Source of the DNA: Chiloscyllium plagiosum
Lineage: Eukaryota
Direction of reading: 5' to 3'
Assembly (NCBI RefSeq): GCF_004010195.1
Contig: NC_057750.1
Coordinates: forward strand, 12,065,144 to 12,129,143
Length of the DNA: 64,000 nucleotides
In this document: positions 48,383-62,004 of the stretch, piece by piece
How positions within the stretch are numbered: position 1 is the first letter of the stretch
How the letters are laid out: every line of letters begins with the position of its first letter
The notes under the pieces: generated by a model
What the model saw: only the letters and a program-made list of their open reading frames with translations
What the model was told of the DNA's origin: nothing
Databases searched by the model: none
Program-made: the position numbers and the translations under genes

Positions 48383-50807
48383 AAAATATTTATGGGTAAG
48401 GCTGGCTTTATATTCAAAGATTATCTTCCATTAATAGTGTAAAGTCAATGTTCCGCTGGAGTTAGATTAAAGTTAGTTACCCCAACCCAACAATCAAATG
48501 CTGCTTCCCACTCACCCCGTCATTCACTAATCCTAGCAATAATCAGTGAGGGGCTGGGTAGGATGCTCTTCAGATGGTGAGTATAAACTTGTTGGGCTGA
48601 ATGGCCTCCTTTTGTACTGTAAGGGGCTCTCTGATTCTATGACCACAGAAATAATTGCCCATGGCTCGCATTGTGTGGTGATCCTGAAATAATCCCCATC
48701 TGAGGTTTGGAAAAGGGTGGTGAGGGGAGACAATTTCCCAGCTTGCCCATTGTTGACCGTGTCTGCTTTATTCTTTTTGCTGGGGAACAAAGAACAAATA
48801 GAAGGTTTTTGTGTTTGCTACTAGCAATGTTTACAAAAGTGAATCAGTTGGCATTTTCACAATCTCACAACTACTCCTCACATCATGGTGCGGAGGATGA
48901 GAATGACCTTCTTTTGGCATTGTGTTAATGATGACGGAAGATTTTAGGTATGGCTCGATGGCGAAATTTTTTTTTTTAAAAGAACTCTTGGAAGTGTATC
49001 TGAATTTTTGAGGATGAGTCATGAACTGACACTCTGATTCTATGATGTAACCTGCTGGAAGTTAGCTTACTCACAGTTCACGATGAGCTGTTTTTGGTGT
49101 GGTATAAATATTGATATTCTGTGGCTCCACATTCCTAAGCCATTTTTTGGAAGGGTGACTCTTACAATCAAGTCTAACTCTTGGCCTTGCCTTTGTGTTG
49201 GGATGTTGGTTTCGCTGTATCTGCTGTTGGTGGTGATTTTGTTTGTATAGATGGTGGTTGACTGTGCAATGTGTTATTACAGTATCAACACTTCACACTG
49301 CACAATAGGACGGTCTTGCTCTGCACTATTTAAGCACACGCAGCACTGCATGAAACAGTGAAGTGGCAAAGCAACTTCTGTCATTGAGATGGCCCTTTGT
49401 CATCATCTGTATCCAATGGAAGGTGCAGGCGATGCTGAAATGGAATGGACGTCATGCAGTAGATCGTTTGATATGACAGCACCCGGACACTATCAAGAAT
49501 TAGAATGTCTTGAAGGGTCAAAAATTAAATAAGTCTAAGAAAAAAATGAAATCCTGACTTGCGGCTGCTCAAAATCTTCTATTACTTTTCCTGTTTGCAG
49601 ATTAGTCTAACTACGACATGATACTGTCTCCAAGCAGTAACTGGACTGATGGCCTTTCAGGTTTTGCACACAGCCTTAGAAAAACTGGGGTCATTTGTGC
49701 AAAGGGGAGCCTCGAGGGAGAGGGAGTTGAAGCTGTTTATTCATGTGGGTCTCGGTGATGTCCAGCTTTGGGGTAGACATTGGATTTGTTCTTTCTGTCA
49801 GGTGTTCAGGGAGTTGGGTGTGTGAACGCTGGCTCATACAACCTGAAAGGGTAATCAGGAATCCGTTTAACATCCCTGAAACATGGCATTTAAAAGTATT
49901 TGTTCACAGAAAACAGTGTCGCTGGCTAGGACAGCATTTATTGCCCAACCTTAACTGGTGCTGGTGAATCACTTCCTTCAGCTGCTGCTGTCCATGTGAT
50001 GCAGTCACACTTAAAGTTCAGAAAGAAGTTCCAGATTCTGACCTATTGGCAGTGAAGGTACGATAGTATGGTTCCACGTCATGTGGTGTGTAACTTGAAG
50101 GGCAATATGTAAGAGGTAGTTTCTTCATGGATCTGCTGCCCTTTTCCTTCTATGTGGTAGAACCTTGGAAGGGGCTATTGAAACAGCTGGAGAGAGTTGT
50201 CACTTCCTTGTATGCACTGGGAATGTTAGCCTACATTTTGTGCAGTTAACTTAAACCTTCCCATCTTCTGACTTAGAGGTGAGGTGCTACTCACTGAGCT
50301 GTGGCTGACACGAATGAGGTAGCCCTTATCTTAGGCAGCGGGATCCTGGGATTTCTGAAGCTCATTCTTCAGCAATGTTGGTATTCATTGAGACAGTGCT
50401 TGATGCTGGAGTGAGGTTTGGAAGTGTGGAGTGTGCTGTTATCCTGGAGGTTAGTTGTCTCAGGCTTCCTTTCAGAGCGTGAGGAGTTTTCTGACATTCC
50501 TATTCAGCAAGGTAAAATAAAGTGTCTAATTTCCGTACCTGATCTGGTGAGATAATTTAATCTCTTAAGGAATTCTTCAGTTGCTTCTTGTTCCTTGGTG
50601 GAATATAGGCATCGCTGGCAAGACCAGCATGTGTTGCCTATTCTTAACTGCTCTTGAACTGAGTTGCTTACTAGGCCATTTCAAAGGTTGGTTTAGAGTC
50701 AACCCATTGCTGTGGATTTGGGGTCACATGTCAGTTCATTACCTTCCTTCTTCATTTCCCTCTTTTCCTTTGTTTTGGTCCTTTCCTTTCTTATCTTTTC
50801 ACTCTTT

Positions 50808-51200
50808 GACTCCTGACCTCTGGCAAGTGATGATTCCCAACCTCTAGCGAGCAATCATTCCTGACCTCCGGGGAGCAATGATTCCCGATCTCTGGCAAAT
50901 GATGATTCCTGACCTCTGGGCGAGCGATGACTCCTGACCTCCGACGTGAGACAATTCCCAACCTCCAGTGAGCAACAATTCACGACCTCCGGGTGAGAGA
51001 TGATTCCTGACCTCCAGCAAGTGACGATTCCTGACCTCCAGGAAGTGACGATTCCTGACCTCTGGGTAAGCGATGATTCCTGACCTCCGGCGAGTGACAA
51101 TTCCCACCCTCCCGGTGAGTGACGATTCATAACCTCTGGCGAGCAATGAGTCCTGACCACTGGTGAGAGACGATTCCCAGGCATCCAGCAACGACCCCTG
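50808..51200. repeat. Minisatellite, 24-bp unit ~GATTCCTGACCTCCGGCGAGTGAC, ~16 copies
   Basis: Direct repetition; 8-aa periodicity in the ORF track. Confidence 0.92.
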
Positions 51201-51520
51201 GCTTTGCACAGTGGCCTCCTGGCCTGGCACGGCTGCCTCTTCCGTAGGGGCCTCCCGGTCTGGCACAGCCGGCCTCCCATTGTTGCATGTTGCCAGCATG
51301 GTGTGGAGCCAGGGCCCGGTGCAGACTGGAAGCTTGGTGACAGTGTGGTCTGCTATACTGAACTTTTATTCTGTAATGCTGGACACTTTATTTCTGTATT
51401 GTCTAAAACCTTGTAACTAAAGAAGTGGCAGGTACTTCTGGATTGAAATTGGCTCTGTAATTGGCAATATATAAACTTTTCACTATATTCATTGAGCACA
51501 TGTGACATTGAAGTCTATTA

Positions 51521-51848
51521 TGGGTGGCACGGTGGCTCAGTGGCTAGCACTGCTGCCTCACAGCGCCAGGGACCCAGGTTCGATTCCAACCTCGGGTGAC
51601 TGTCTGTTTGGAGCTTGCACATTCTCCCTGTGTCTGCGTGGGTTTCCTCCGGGTGCTCTGGTTTCCTCCCACAATCCAAAGATGTGTGGGTCAGGTGAAT
51701 TGGCCATGCTAAATTGCCCACAGTATTAGGTGCAGTAGTCAGGGGTAAATGTAGGGTTGGAGGAAGGGGCTTGGTGGGTTACTCTTTGGAGGGTTGGTGT
51801 GGACTTGTTGGGCCAAATGGCCTGTTTCCATACTGTTGGGAATCTAAT
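51521..51848 (+). mobile_element. HE1-type V-SINE
   Basis: Full length. Confidence 0.92.
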
Positions 51849-52079
51849 CTATTCTGTTCTATAGGCTATTCTTTAAAGGACATGAGTGAACCAGATGGGT
51901 TTGGACAACTGTTGTTGATTTTGTGGTCACAATTACTGAAACTAGCTTACAAGTTCAAATTATTTTTCCTTAATTGAATTTAAATTCTCCAAATACCAAG
52001 ATGGGATTTGAATGCGGGCTCCCCAGAATGATAGCCTGGATCACCGATTATTAATCTGAGCTTCCTTTTACCTACAACC

Positions 52080-52790
52080 TGGACGGACTGCCGTGTTCCC
52101 TGGCCAACATCTCTGCCTTAGGCATGCTGCAGTGCTCCAGTGAAGCTCAGTGCAAGCTGGAAGAACAGCATCTCATTTTTCTTGGGGCTGCTTGGGGACC
52201 CTTTATCCCTCAGGACCCAACCTTGAGTTCAATAAGTTTAGGAGAAAGTGAGGACTGCAGATGCTGGGGATCAGAGCTTAAAAATGTGTTGCTGGAAAAG
52301 CGCAGCAGGTCAGGCAGCATCAAAGGAGAAGGAGAATCGACGTTTCGGGCATAAGCCCTTCTGCCCGAAAGGTCAACTCTCCTTCTCCTTTGATGCTGCC
52401 TGACCTGCTGCGCTTTTCCAGCAACACATTTTTAAGCTTCAATAAGTTTAGGGCATATGCACCTTCTCCCATGTCCTTACCCCCACTGCGCTACACACCA
52501 GGTTACTACCACAACCAATCCATTGTCAGCTATGTTGGTCCCCATTAGCAGTTATTGAGTCTTCCAGACTGACCTGAACCTTTGTCGTCTCAACTGTTGT
52601 CATCTCTCTCCGTTGCCTTCATCTCTTCTCTCTCTTCCCCACCCCACGCCCCCACCTTCAGCGTATGTACCAACCTTTTCCAAGCTACAGTTGGTTCTGA
52701 AGAAGCTGGACCAGAAATGTTAACTCTGCTTTCTCTCCACAGATGCTGCCGGACCTGCTGAGTTTCTTCCAGTTTGTGCCTCTGGATTAT
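52080..52790 (+). mobile_element. Decayed Neptune-type PLE 3' end (nuclease C-terminus plus terminal repeat)
   Basis: MLQCSSEAQCKLEEQHLIF..NLEFNKF; terminal ttctgaagaag..gaaatgttaactctgctttctctccacagatgctgcc. Confidence 0.7.
52243..52437. mobile_element. Fold-back PLE derivative (family A) with 15-bp target duplication
   Basis: TTCAATAAGTTTAGG at 52228-52242 and 52438-52452; inverted arms of ~75 bp. Confidence 0.85.
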
Positions 52791-54395
52791 TACTTCACTT
52801 TGGAGTGAGAGAGCTGGCACTCAGTGGCATTGTTATTTTAATCCAGGGTGACATACATGGCAGCTTTACTGTCAAGAACAGCAAGAGAGTCCAGTTTGTT
52901 TGGTGGTTTAAGTCAGAGTTTTATGTGTTGGGTGTGCTGTCAGAGTGCCACATAACAGAACGTAAGACTCAGTTTCATTGTTACAATCAATTATATTTAA
53001 TTTAAATAAAGAGAAATGAGGGTAGCGTTATCTTAAGCAGACAGGGTGGATCGATTAGCAGGAAAGACAGTAAGTAAGCAGTGGCACACTCTTAAGGAAT
53101 AATTCATTACTCTTAACAAAAATATATTTCAGCAAGCAGGAATAATCCAACCACATGGATAAACCGACCATGGCTAACCAAGAAAGTTAAGGAGAGTATA
53201 AAGTTGAAGGAAAAAGCATACAAGAAGGCAAAGTCAGTGATAGTCCTGAAGAGTGGGATAAATTCAGAATCCAGTAAAGCAGAACTAAAACTAAAATAGA
53301 GAGAAAGTAAACAAGGGCAAACTAGTGAGGAATATAAAACTGACAATAAGAGCTTCTTCAACTATGTAAAAAAGAGGAGAGAATCAAAGTGAACATAGGC
53401 CCCTCAGACAATCAGTCTGGGGAGATAGTCATAGAGTCCTCCAGCATGGAAACAAACCCTTAAGTCCATGCCAAGGGGAACAACGAAGTGGCAGAAGCGT
53501 TTAATCAGATATTTTGCATCAGTTTTTATAATGGAAGATACTGCGAACACCCCATTAGTACTAAAGAGCATGAAGTACCATTACCATTGCCACAGAAGTA
53601 GTATTAGTCAAACTAATGGGGCTAGAGACAGAGAGGTCCCCTGGCCCTGGATTCATTAGAAGTAGCTACAGAAATAGTGGAGGCATGGTGTGATTTTCCA
53701 AACATCCTTGGATTTTGGACAAATACCAGAGGGTTGGAAAACTGCCAACGTGACACCCCTATTCAAAAAGTGGATAAGTATAGGCCGATTAGCCAAACAT
53801 CTATTGTTGGAGAAATTTTGGAATCACTGAAGGCAGTAATAGCAGCACATTTGGTAAATCATAATCCCATCAAGCAGAGTCAGCCATGCGTTCATGAAAG
53901 GGAAATTGTGTCTGACTAATTTGTGTTTCAGGGATGTGTGGTTTGGGTGCATTGGTCCAGGGTAAATGTGGAGTAGTGGGGGAATCGGTCTGGGCGGATT
54001 GCTCTTCGGAGGGTCGGTGTGGACTTGTTGGGCCAGGTGGCCTGTTTCCACGCTGTCGGGATTCTATGAAAAAAAAAATTACAGTTGTTTGAGGAAGCCT
54101 CAGCCAGAGTGGAGAGAGGGGAACCAGTTAATGTGTTGTTTTTGGACTTCCAGAAGACATTCACCAAAGTACTTCACAATAAATTAAGTCATAGGGTAAG
54201 AACCATACTGTTGGAGGTACATTATTGGGGTGGATAGAGAATTGGTTCATGGGCATGAAACAGCAAGTGGGGTTAAGGGGTTATTTTTCAGCTTGGCAAC
54301 CTGAAACCAGTAAGGTCCCACAGTGATCAGTGCTGGGATTTGCAACATATATTAATGACTTGGAGGAAGGAAGCAAATATACTGTAGCTATACGT

Positions 54396-54702
54396 GGGCG
54401 GCACGGTGGCACAGTGGTTAGCACTGCTGCCTCACAGCGCCGGAGACCCGGGTTCAATTCCCGCCTCAGGCGACTAACTGTGTGGAGTTTGCACGTTCTC
54501 CCCGTGTCTGCGTGGGTTTCCTCTGGGCGCTCCGGTTTCCTCCCACAGTCCAAAGATGTGCAGGTCAGGTGAATTGGCCATGCTAAATTGCTCGTAGTGC
54601 TAGGTAAGGGGTAAATGTAGGGGTATGGGTGGGTTGCGCTTCGGTGGGTTGGGGTGGACTTGTTGGGCCGAAGGGCCTGTTTCCACACTGTAATGTAATG
54701 TA
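54396..54702 (+). mobile_element. Young HE1-type V-SINE with (TAATG)n tail
   Basis: Near-identical to 13459-13773. Confidence 0.95.
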
Positions 54703-54782
54703 AATTTGCAGATGACCCAAAAATAGGTGAACGGCAGTTGCAAGAGGGATACAAACATACAATTGGCAAATGGAGTACAGTG

Positions 54783-54937
54783 CTGAAAATGTGTTGGAAA
54801 AGTGCAGCAGGTCAGGCAGCATCCAAGGAGCAGGAGAATTGACATCGATTCTCCTTCTCCTTGGATGCTGCCTGACCTGCTGCACTTTTCCAGCAACACA
54901 TTTTCAGCTCTGATATCTGCAGTCCTCACTTTCTCCT
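54783..54937. mobile_element. Fold-back PLE derivative (family A) with 15-bp target duplication
   Basis: AAATGGAGTACAGTG at 54768-54782 and 54938-54952; arms centred at 54843/54844. Confidence 0.85.
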
Positions 54938-57900
54938 AAATGGAGTACAGTGTCAGAAATGTGAAATTCTTCATTTTGAAGAGAAAACTGAAGATCAGTG
55001 TTATTTAAATGGAGAAAAATTGCAGAATGCTGTAACACAGAGGGACTTGGGGAGCTGGTGTACGAAACACAGAAAGCTAGATTGCAGGTAATCAGGAAGG
55101 CTCATGGTATGTTGACCCTTATTTCAAGGGGATTGGATGATATCAGTAGGGACGTCTTACTGCAACTGTACAAGATGCTGGCAAGACCATAGCTAGAGCA
55201 CTGTGAGCAGTTTTGGTTCCCTTATTTAAGGAAAGATATATCATTGGAGGCAATTCAGAGATGGTTCACTAGGATGATCCCTACTATGGAAAGATTATCT
55301 TATGAGCATAGGCTAAATAGGTTTGGACTCTATGCACTGGACTTTAGAAGTATGAGGTAATCAAATTGAACTGTATAGGATTCTTAAGGGGCTTGGTAAG
55401 GTAAATGTTGAGAGGATATTTTCCCTTGTGAGAGAATTATAGTCTCAGAATGATGGGGTGTCAATTTAACACTCAGATGAGGAATTTCTTCTCTCAGAGG
55501 GATATGAGATTTTGTAACTCCTGTCTCAGAGCAATGGGGCAGTGTCCTTGTGTATATTTAAGGCTGAGATAGATTCTCGATCAGTCGGGGAATAGAGGAT
55601 TACAGCAAAAGGGCAGGAAAGTGGGGTGAGGAATGTCGGGTCAGCCATGGTCCTGTTCAATGGTGGAGCAGACTTGATGGGCAGAATGGCCCACCTTGTC
55701 CCTATTTCATATGGTCTTATAGGCCCTGCTGAAAAATGCATCAAAAATATGAAAAGAAGATTGACAAAGCAAGAAGTGATCTTATCTGAGAGTCTGGTAT
55801 GTGAACACACCGCTGCTATTTATTTCTCTGACTGCTGCATAGGCTGTTGCTGGATGATATAGAGGAATGTTTCCCAAACCTTTCCCCACTGTAAACTCCA
55901 GTTTAAGAGTTGAAGCTTGTCGCGGCTCCTTAGTGAGAACTGAGTTAAGGCCTGTTAGAGTGGGAGCATAGTGTTGTAACTTGGTCAGAACTGTACGCAG
56001 CCTCCCATCTCATGACTCAAAGGTTTAGTTCAGGACCTTACCATTGACCGCTATTTTCCTGTTATGTCTCCACCAGCCTGTGGGACCTCTGAACTCTAAC
56101 TCGATGGGGCTAAAGTGCTGGTTCCAAATGCTCTGCGTGATGTTATAATGTTGGAGGTTGAGTTTGGGATCTTGTGAAAGGAAAACAAAGACTTAGCAGA
56201 ATATCTTTAGAGGAAAGAGGTTGGTTCAGATCACTTAAACTGACAGGTACAGTCAATAATGCAGTTTGCATTAACATAATGCTTTTTTTAATGTAAAATA
56301 TCCCAAGGTGCTTCATTGGAGCACCATTAAAATAATTAGAGTGGTCATATAGCTCAGTTGCCGGATGGCTGGTTTCTGGTACAGAGTGATAGTAGCAGCA
56401 CAGGTTCAGATAGAAAGATAGAGGGAGGGAGTTTGAGGGTCATATTTTATGCCCTCTTCTGATGAGGTTTGGAGGCGGGGGAGGCATTTAATGGGCTCAT
56501 GGCAGATGAGGACTTGGCTGCCTCCACCCCATTGGATCTCTGGCAAGAAAGCGCATAAAGAGTCCACCCTGCCGTCAGTTGAGGCCTGTAAATGGACGGT
56601 GAGTTATCTCTCACCATAAGGGGAGCACTATAAAGGAAGTCTTTTGGGAATCCCTTGTTCAAAGGGTTCAGTGCTTGACTGAGGAGCCTGACTTTGCAAA
56701 GGGTGGAGGTCTATTGAGAAAGCCAACTACTGTTATTGCTACCCTCTTGATAACACCTCCCTTATGCCCGCCGCCCTGCGAAACCCCCTAATTTCCCTCT
56801 AGCCTGATTGCTTCATAATCCCAGGCTGCTGATTGGTGTGGTTCCAGCAGCGGGTGTTGCTAAGCATTAGAACTTCTAGCACTGATTGGCTAGTGGTTCT
56901 GAAGTGGGGGCTACCAGGCTCCTGTGTCCCAACCTCTTGATTCGTCCATTGGTATTCTTTCCACTGCCTGATCGGTCAGTAATACGTCTGGCTCACCGGA
57001 GAACCCTGCGTGCTCTCGCTGACTGTCCAGCCATGGCCCCTGTTGCTTCCATACAATGTTCCAATATATACTCTTTAGGGAAGGAATTTTGGAGTTCAGG
57101 ATCCTGACACCTGAAGCCATAGCTATTCGTCAACGGTGGAGCAATTAAACTTGATGATATTCAAGAAGGCAGACTTGGAGTAATTTGAAGTATGTATTCT
57201 ACTAAGATAAGAGCACCTTCTGTCTTTCCAATTGGCCACCTTCCTCAGCCCCCGCAAGGTCAGAGACTCTTGCTGTTTGATCTTTGTATTTGCCACACCA
57301 GTGGTTTCAATGACACACACAACAAACATTTTCCTGTGGCTAAACACAGCTGCTCCATCTGGGGATTAAATCCTCTTGTGCCATCACAGGATTTGTTCTG
57401 CCTTCCCTGATATTCCAGGTATCTGTCAGAAATCGAAAGCAGTTAAACAGAGTTTGTCATAGTACAGAATGGCAGAGTATTTGCAGATTTTGTCACCAGC
57501 TCTCGGTTAAGTACAGGAAATAAATGCCAGCAGCCGTTACAGTGAGGCTGTGATATGAAAGGATCTAATTTGGATTGAGCAGAACACACCTGTAAAATGA
57601 GCGTTTCTGTACCAATTCATCAGTTGATACATTCATTGGTTCCTCATCTAACTTCTAATGCCACCTTTGATTGTGAGTGCAGTGGTGAATTGCACAAAAT
57701 TTGGGAAGTGGTTCTTCTTCGTTCCAAGTCACATCACCATTCATGTTACTAACACGCACATGCCCTCTGCACGTGTGCAGAGACTGCTCCTCTGATTACA
57801 CATTTCACATTCCACTGTACCTGATCTTTGGATCGTGCGGACAGTCAACATTGAAGTCCTCTTTGTTAGCCTGGTTCTAGATAGCCATTGATAGGTCCAA

Positions 57901-60019
57901 GTAGTGTGTGGTAGAGGCATGGTTTGGCCTATTTGCCTTGCCCTGTTGTGTGGCCAGATGTGTAGCCAATGTTCCTGGAGTCGGGGCTGGTGTGTCTGCT
58001 GATAGGCTTCACACCTTCTGTAGCTGGTGACCACAGGGTTGGATCGCACCAACAGCAGGAATGACATTTTGATTTAATTATTGCAGGTTTCTTTTAGAGA
58101 CTTAATTTTTGTCACAGTGTCCATTTAGGGATCTATTACTACTAAATTCAGTTTAACGTCATTATTAGTTCTTTCAAAAGAATATGGATATGCCTATGTT
58201 CATGCGCATTGACATAATAAGAAGTTTCATTTATATAGCACATTTAACATTGCAAAAACACTGAAACAAAATTGACATTGGGCCTGATAAGGAGTCTTGA
58301 ATGTCATCTTTTCCATCCCAGGGACATTAGATGTCAACAAGGGAATTTGGGATGGGAATTATCTATGGACCAGACTGGATGTGAGTTTTTTTCTGTTGTT
58401 GATATTAGTGAAACTAGTTAGATTTCTACAACAACTCAGCAACTTAAGGTGCAATTTTTGCACAATGCTTCAGCAAGATTCAAACTTGCAGCCATTATCA
58501 CGCTAACCCATAACCATAACCGCTACACTGTTGTTTGGACACTTTCTGACTGGCTGTTTTGCTTTTTGTGACTGAATTGATAGAGAGTCTTAGTGAATCA
58601 CATTTTACCATATTATCTATACATCCATCTAGTCGTGACAGTAGAGGCTGACAGCAAAGTAATAGGTCTAGACCAGAGGAGTACCATGAGGTTAGCTGCC
58701 TGTGTACAACACTGCTAGAGGAAATGAAAGTGGCTTCAACTCTCTAACCCTGGCAACATTAGACACTCCATGGCATAGACCTGTGTAAAATAGATGATTG
58801 TCTTAATGATCAGCTGGTAAAATCAGGTTTCAGATTCTCTAGAAATACCACCTGCACTCTGTATTGCTGCTTATTAAGGAACTTATCCTTGGGATGTGGG
58901 CACCACAAGCAAGATTAGAAATTACTACCCATCACTCATTGCCATTGAGAAGATGATGTCCCTTTTTAATCAGTTATGGCCTGTGAGGTAGAGAGACTCC
59001 CACAGCATTGTTAGGGAGTTCCAGGATTTGACTCAGTAATGTTAAAGAGATATCAAGTTATGCTCAGGATGGTGTATGCCTTGGTGGTGTCACAAGCATA
59101 TAAGTCCCTGTCTTGACCTTTAAGTGTCTTCTCAGTATATATTTGAAAACTCTAGTAATGACTCTTGCTGTTTGCTCTGAGTCCAGCCTCCACCCACTGA
59201 ATATGCAATCCTCGCTACATCTTCACCCAGCCACTTCAGAAATTTACAGCCAACACACTCAGCTGTAAAATATCATAATCTAATCCACTATTGCAGTATG
59301 GCAATGCAGAACTGCACAGTGTTAGATGTTTTCAGAATATCAAGGTGTGGGCCCACTGATATTGGAAAGCAAATTGATACCAGCTATTTTGTGTTGCTGC
59401 TAACCATCGGGTGCATGGCACAGATAAAACCTGGCCAATATTTGGGCATCACAGGGAGATCTGTAGAATTAAGGACAAGATGTGTATTAAAATATAACAC
59501 ACTCGAATACTTGGTCGACCAATGACCAGTAGTGACTCTAATTGACATGCAGATGCACCAGTTATGATTCATGAACTTGTTTAGTGTATCAAGATCCTGC
59601 TGCTTGGAAAGAATCTAAAACAACCTCTTCAATTTGCTCAGAGTTGAATATGCCCTCATTTACATAGAGGCAATTTTATTTGCAAATTCTGATTTAATCA
59701 CCTTTTGCTCTTTTGAAGGTGATTACCTGAATCTAGCTCTTGGCTCATGCTGAGTATTCAGCAGCATCAGGAAAATATTTTAATAAAAATCAAATTGACT
59801 CTAGTTAATTAAGGCATTGGTTATAGAGAATCATCTCGTCCTTATTGGGTGTGGTTCATTCTTTCTGATCTAGGTAGCTTTGCAAATGCATTATTTGAAC
59901 TATTTTGTCCCTTGCACTCATCCTCTTACGATGATTCCCAGACTGCTATGTTAATCCAAGATGAAATAAACACAAACCTTACTGGTGATGAGGCAGTTGG
60001 TTGTGCAAGGGGATGGATG

Positions 60020-61030
60020 GTGACCGGAGTACTGAGAGATAGGAGAAAGAGTAGATCATTCAGCCAAGTGGGTCTGCACCATTATTTGATACAAGCATGG
60101 ATGATGTTGGGCTTCACCCCTCACTCTTCTGCCCAATCTCAATTTCATTTAGTTCCTCGAGAGACCAAAAATCTGTATATTTCATTATTAAGTGTTTTCA
60201 GTGATGGTGCATCCTCAACTTTTTGGGGTAGGGAATTTAAAGATTCATAGCCCTTTGAGTGAAGAAATGTCTTCTCATCTCAATCCTAAATGACCAGCCC
60301 CTTACACTGAAGCTCCCCTCTGACCAGAGGAGAACAACTTTGTCTATCCTATCCAGACTCCTTTGGAAACTTCTGTAAGCCCATCTCTTATTCTAAATTC
60401 TAGTGAATATTGACTGATTGTGTAAATCTCTTATAGGGCATCCTTCTAGACCAACAGAAAGTCTAGAAAACCTTCATTGTAAAGTCTCCAAAGTAAGCAC
60501 ATCCTTGCTTGAATATGGAGATTGAGCTTGCACACGGTATTCAAGAAAGAAGACTTCTTTATTTTTGTTCTCTAATGTCCCTTTCAATACAGGTAAACAT
60601 ACCATTTCATTTCTAGATGTATGTGCATACGTACAAACTGCATTCCTGGTACAAACTCACTCAGACCTCTCTGAACATCAAGGTTTACAAGTTTCACACC
60701 TTTTAAGAAATACTCTTTTTATATTCTTACAACTGAAGTGAATAATCCCACACTTACCCAAATATGCTTCAAGTGACTTCTTGGTGCCCACTTGCTGAAC
60801 TTGTCTATATCCCTAACTTATATTTCCACCTAAAGTTGTAGAATTACTAAATGTAAAAACATTACTTTTTTTCTCTTCATCTGAGTCATGTATAAAAAGC
60901 GGAGGTCCCAGCACGGATAATTGTGGCACTCCACTAGATACAATCTGCTGACCTGAAAATTCCCTGTTTACCTCTAATCTTTGTTTCCTGTCTGTTAATG
61001 AATCCTCCTACAAAATTAACGCTGTGCATC
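60020..61030 (-). mobile_element. Old CR1 fragment
   Basis: Complement of GVPQLSVLGP near 60905-60935 and CR1 3' region near 60030-60300. Confidence 0.6.
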
Positions 61031-62004
61031 ACCCCAACTTCACGAATCCTGATCTTGAGGGAAATTGGAGTGTTCTGTTGCAGCAATCCAAATCATAACT
61101 AGCACCAATTTCTCTGTAGCTGTCACTCCACTGCTCACTGAAATACTCTGCTTCCAGGCCAGTGATAATTCTAATTTAAAGTTTTCATCCTTTATTTTAA
61201 ATCTCTCCATGGCTATTCTTCTCCATATTTCTATAACTACTTCCAACCTCTCAAACTTCCAAAATCTGTGGGCTTCTCCAATTTTGGTGTCTTACTCATC
61301 TTTCTCTCTCTCTCTTTCAATCTTCAACAATTTAAATAACTAACACATTTAATCAACACTACCATATTGTCAGATACATAAACAGTCAATAACTGATATT
61401 TAAAGTTGCTCCTGTTAGATTTTTCAGTAGCTCTGAACTGTTTCTTGGATACCAAGCGGGCATTGGCAATTAGAAGCCATTATGCTGAACACCTCAGAGT
61501 ATCCTGCAGAGTATCACTAGATAAGCATTCACTGATTTGTGAATGGATGCACATAACTAGACTACGTATTAATAGGCTGTGAAATTCATGCATTGATCTT
61601 GGAAGAAGTACAGAATACATTCACCAGAATGTTATCAGGGCTCCAAGGGTTTGATTATGAGAAAAGACCGATGTTATGACACAGGGATTGCAAGTCAAAC
61701 TGAATTAACCTCATTATCAGTGCATTTGCAGCACAGTGAAATTAAAACAAACATTCAATGACCCTCAAAATTGCCCAATTTTTCTGAACAGACAATACAA
61801 ATAATAGTTGCCAAGTTTGTAACTTACATAAAACATAACATTTTGTATTAATGTAACTTTAACAGAATACAGAAGAACGATAAGGCAGTCTAATTAATAA
61901 GTAGGTCTAAAGCCCAATCTTCTTTAATCATAACCCCGACAGTCACATCGAAAAACAGACATAAGGGATAAATTAAAAGGAATATAAAAGAATTGTAATT
62001 TGCC

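Larger units (their letters stand above)
53140..55720 (+). mobile_element. Decayed CR1 ORF2 plus 3' UTR with nested HE1 3' part (~53920-54068), HE1 (54396-54700) and a PLE palindrome
   Basis: YFASVF, YRPISQTSIVG, WQMEYSV and LYKMLARP remnants; CR1 tail near 55700. Confidence 0.8.

Noticed and set aside
50844..51299. 151-aa and 141-aa ORFs
   Set aside because: Products of the 24-bp tandem repeat.
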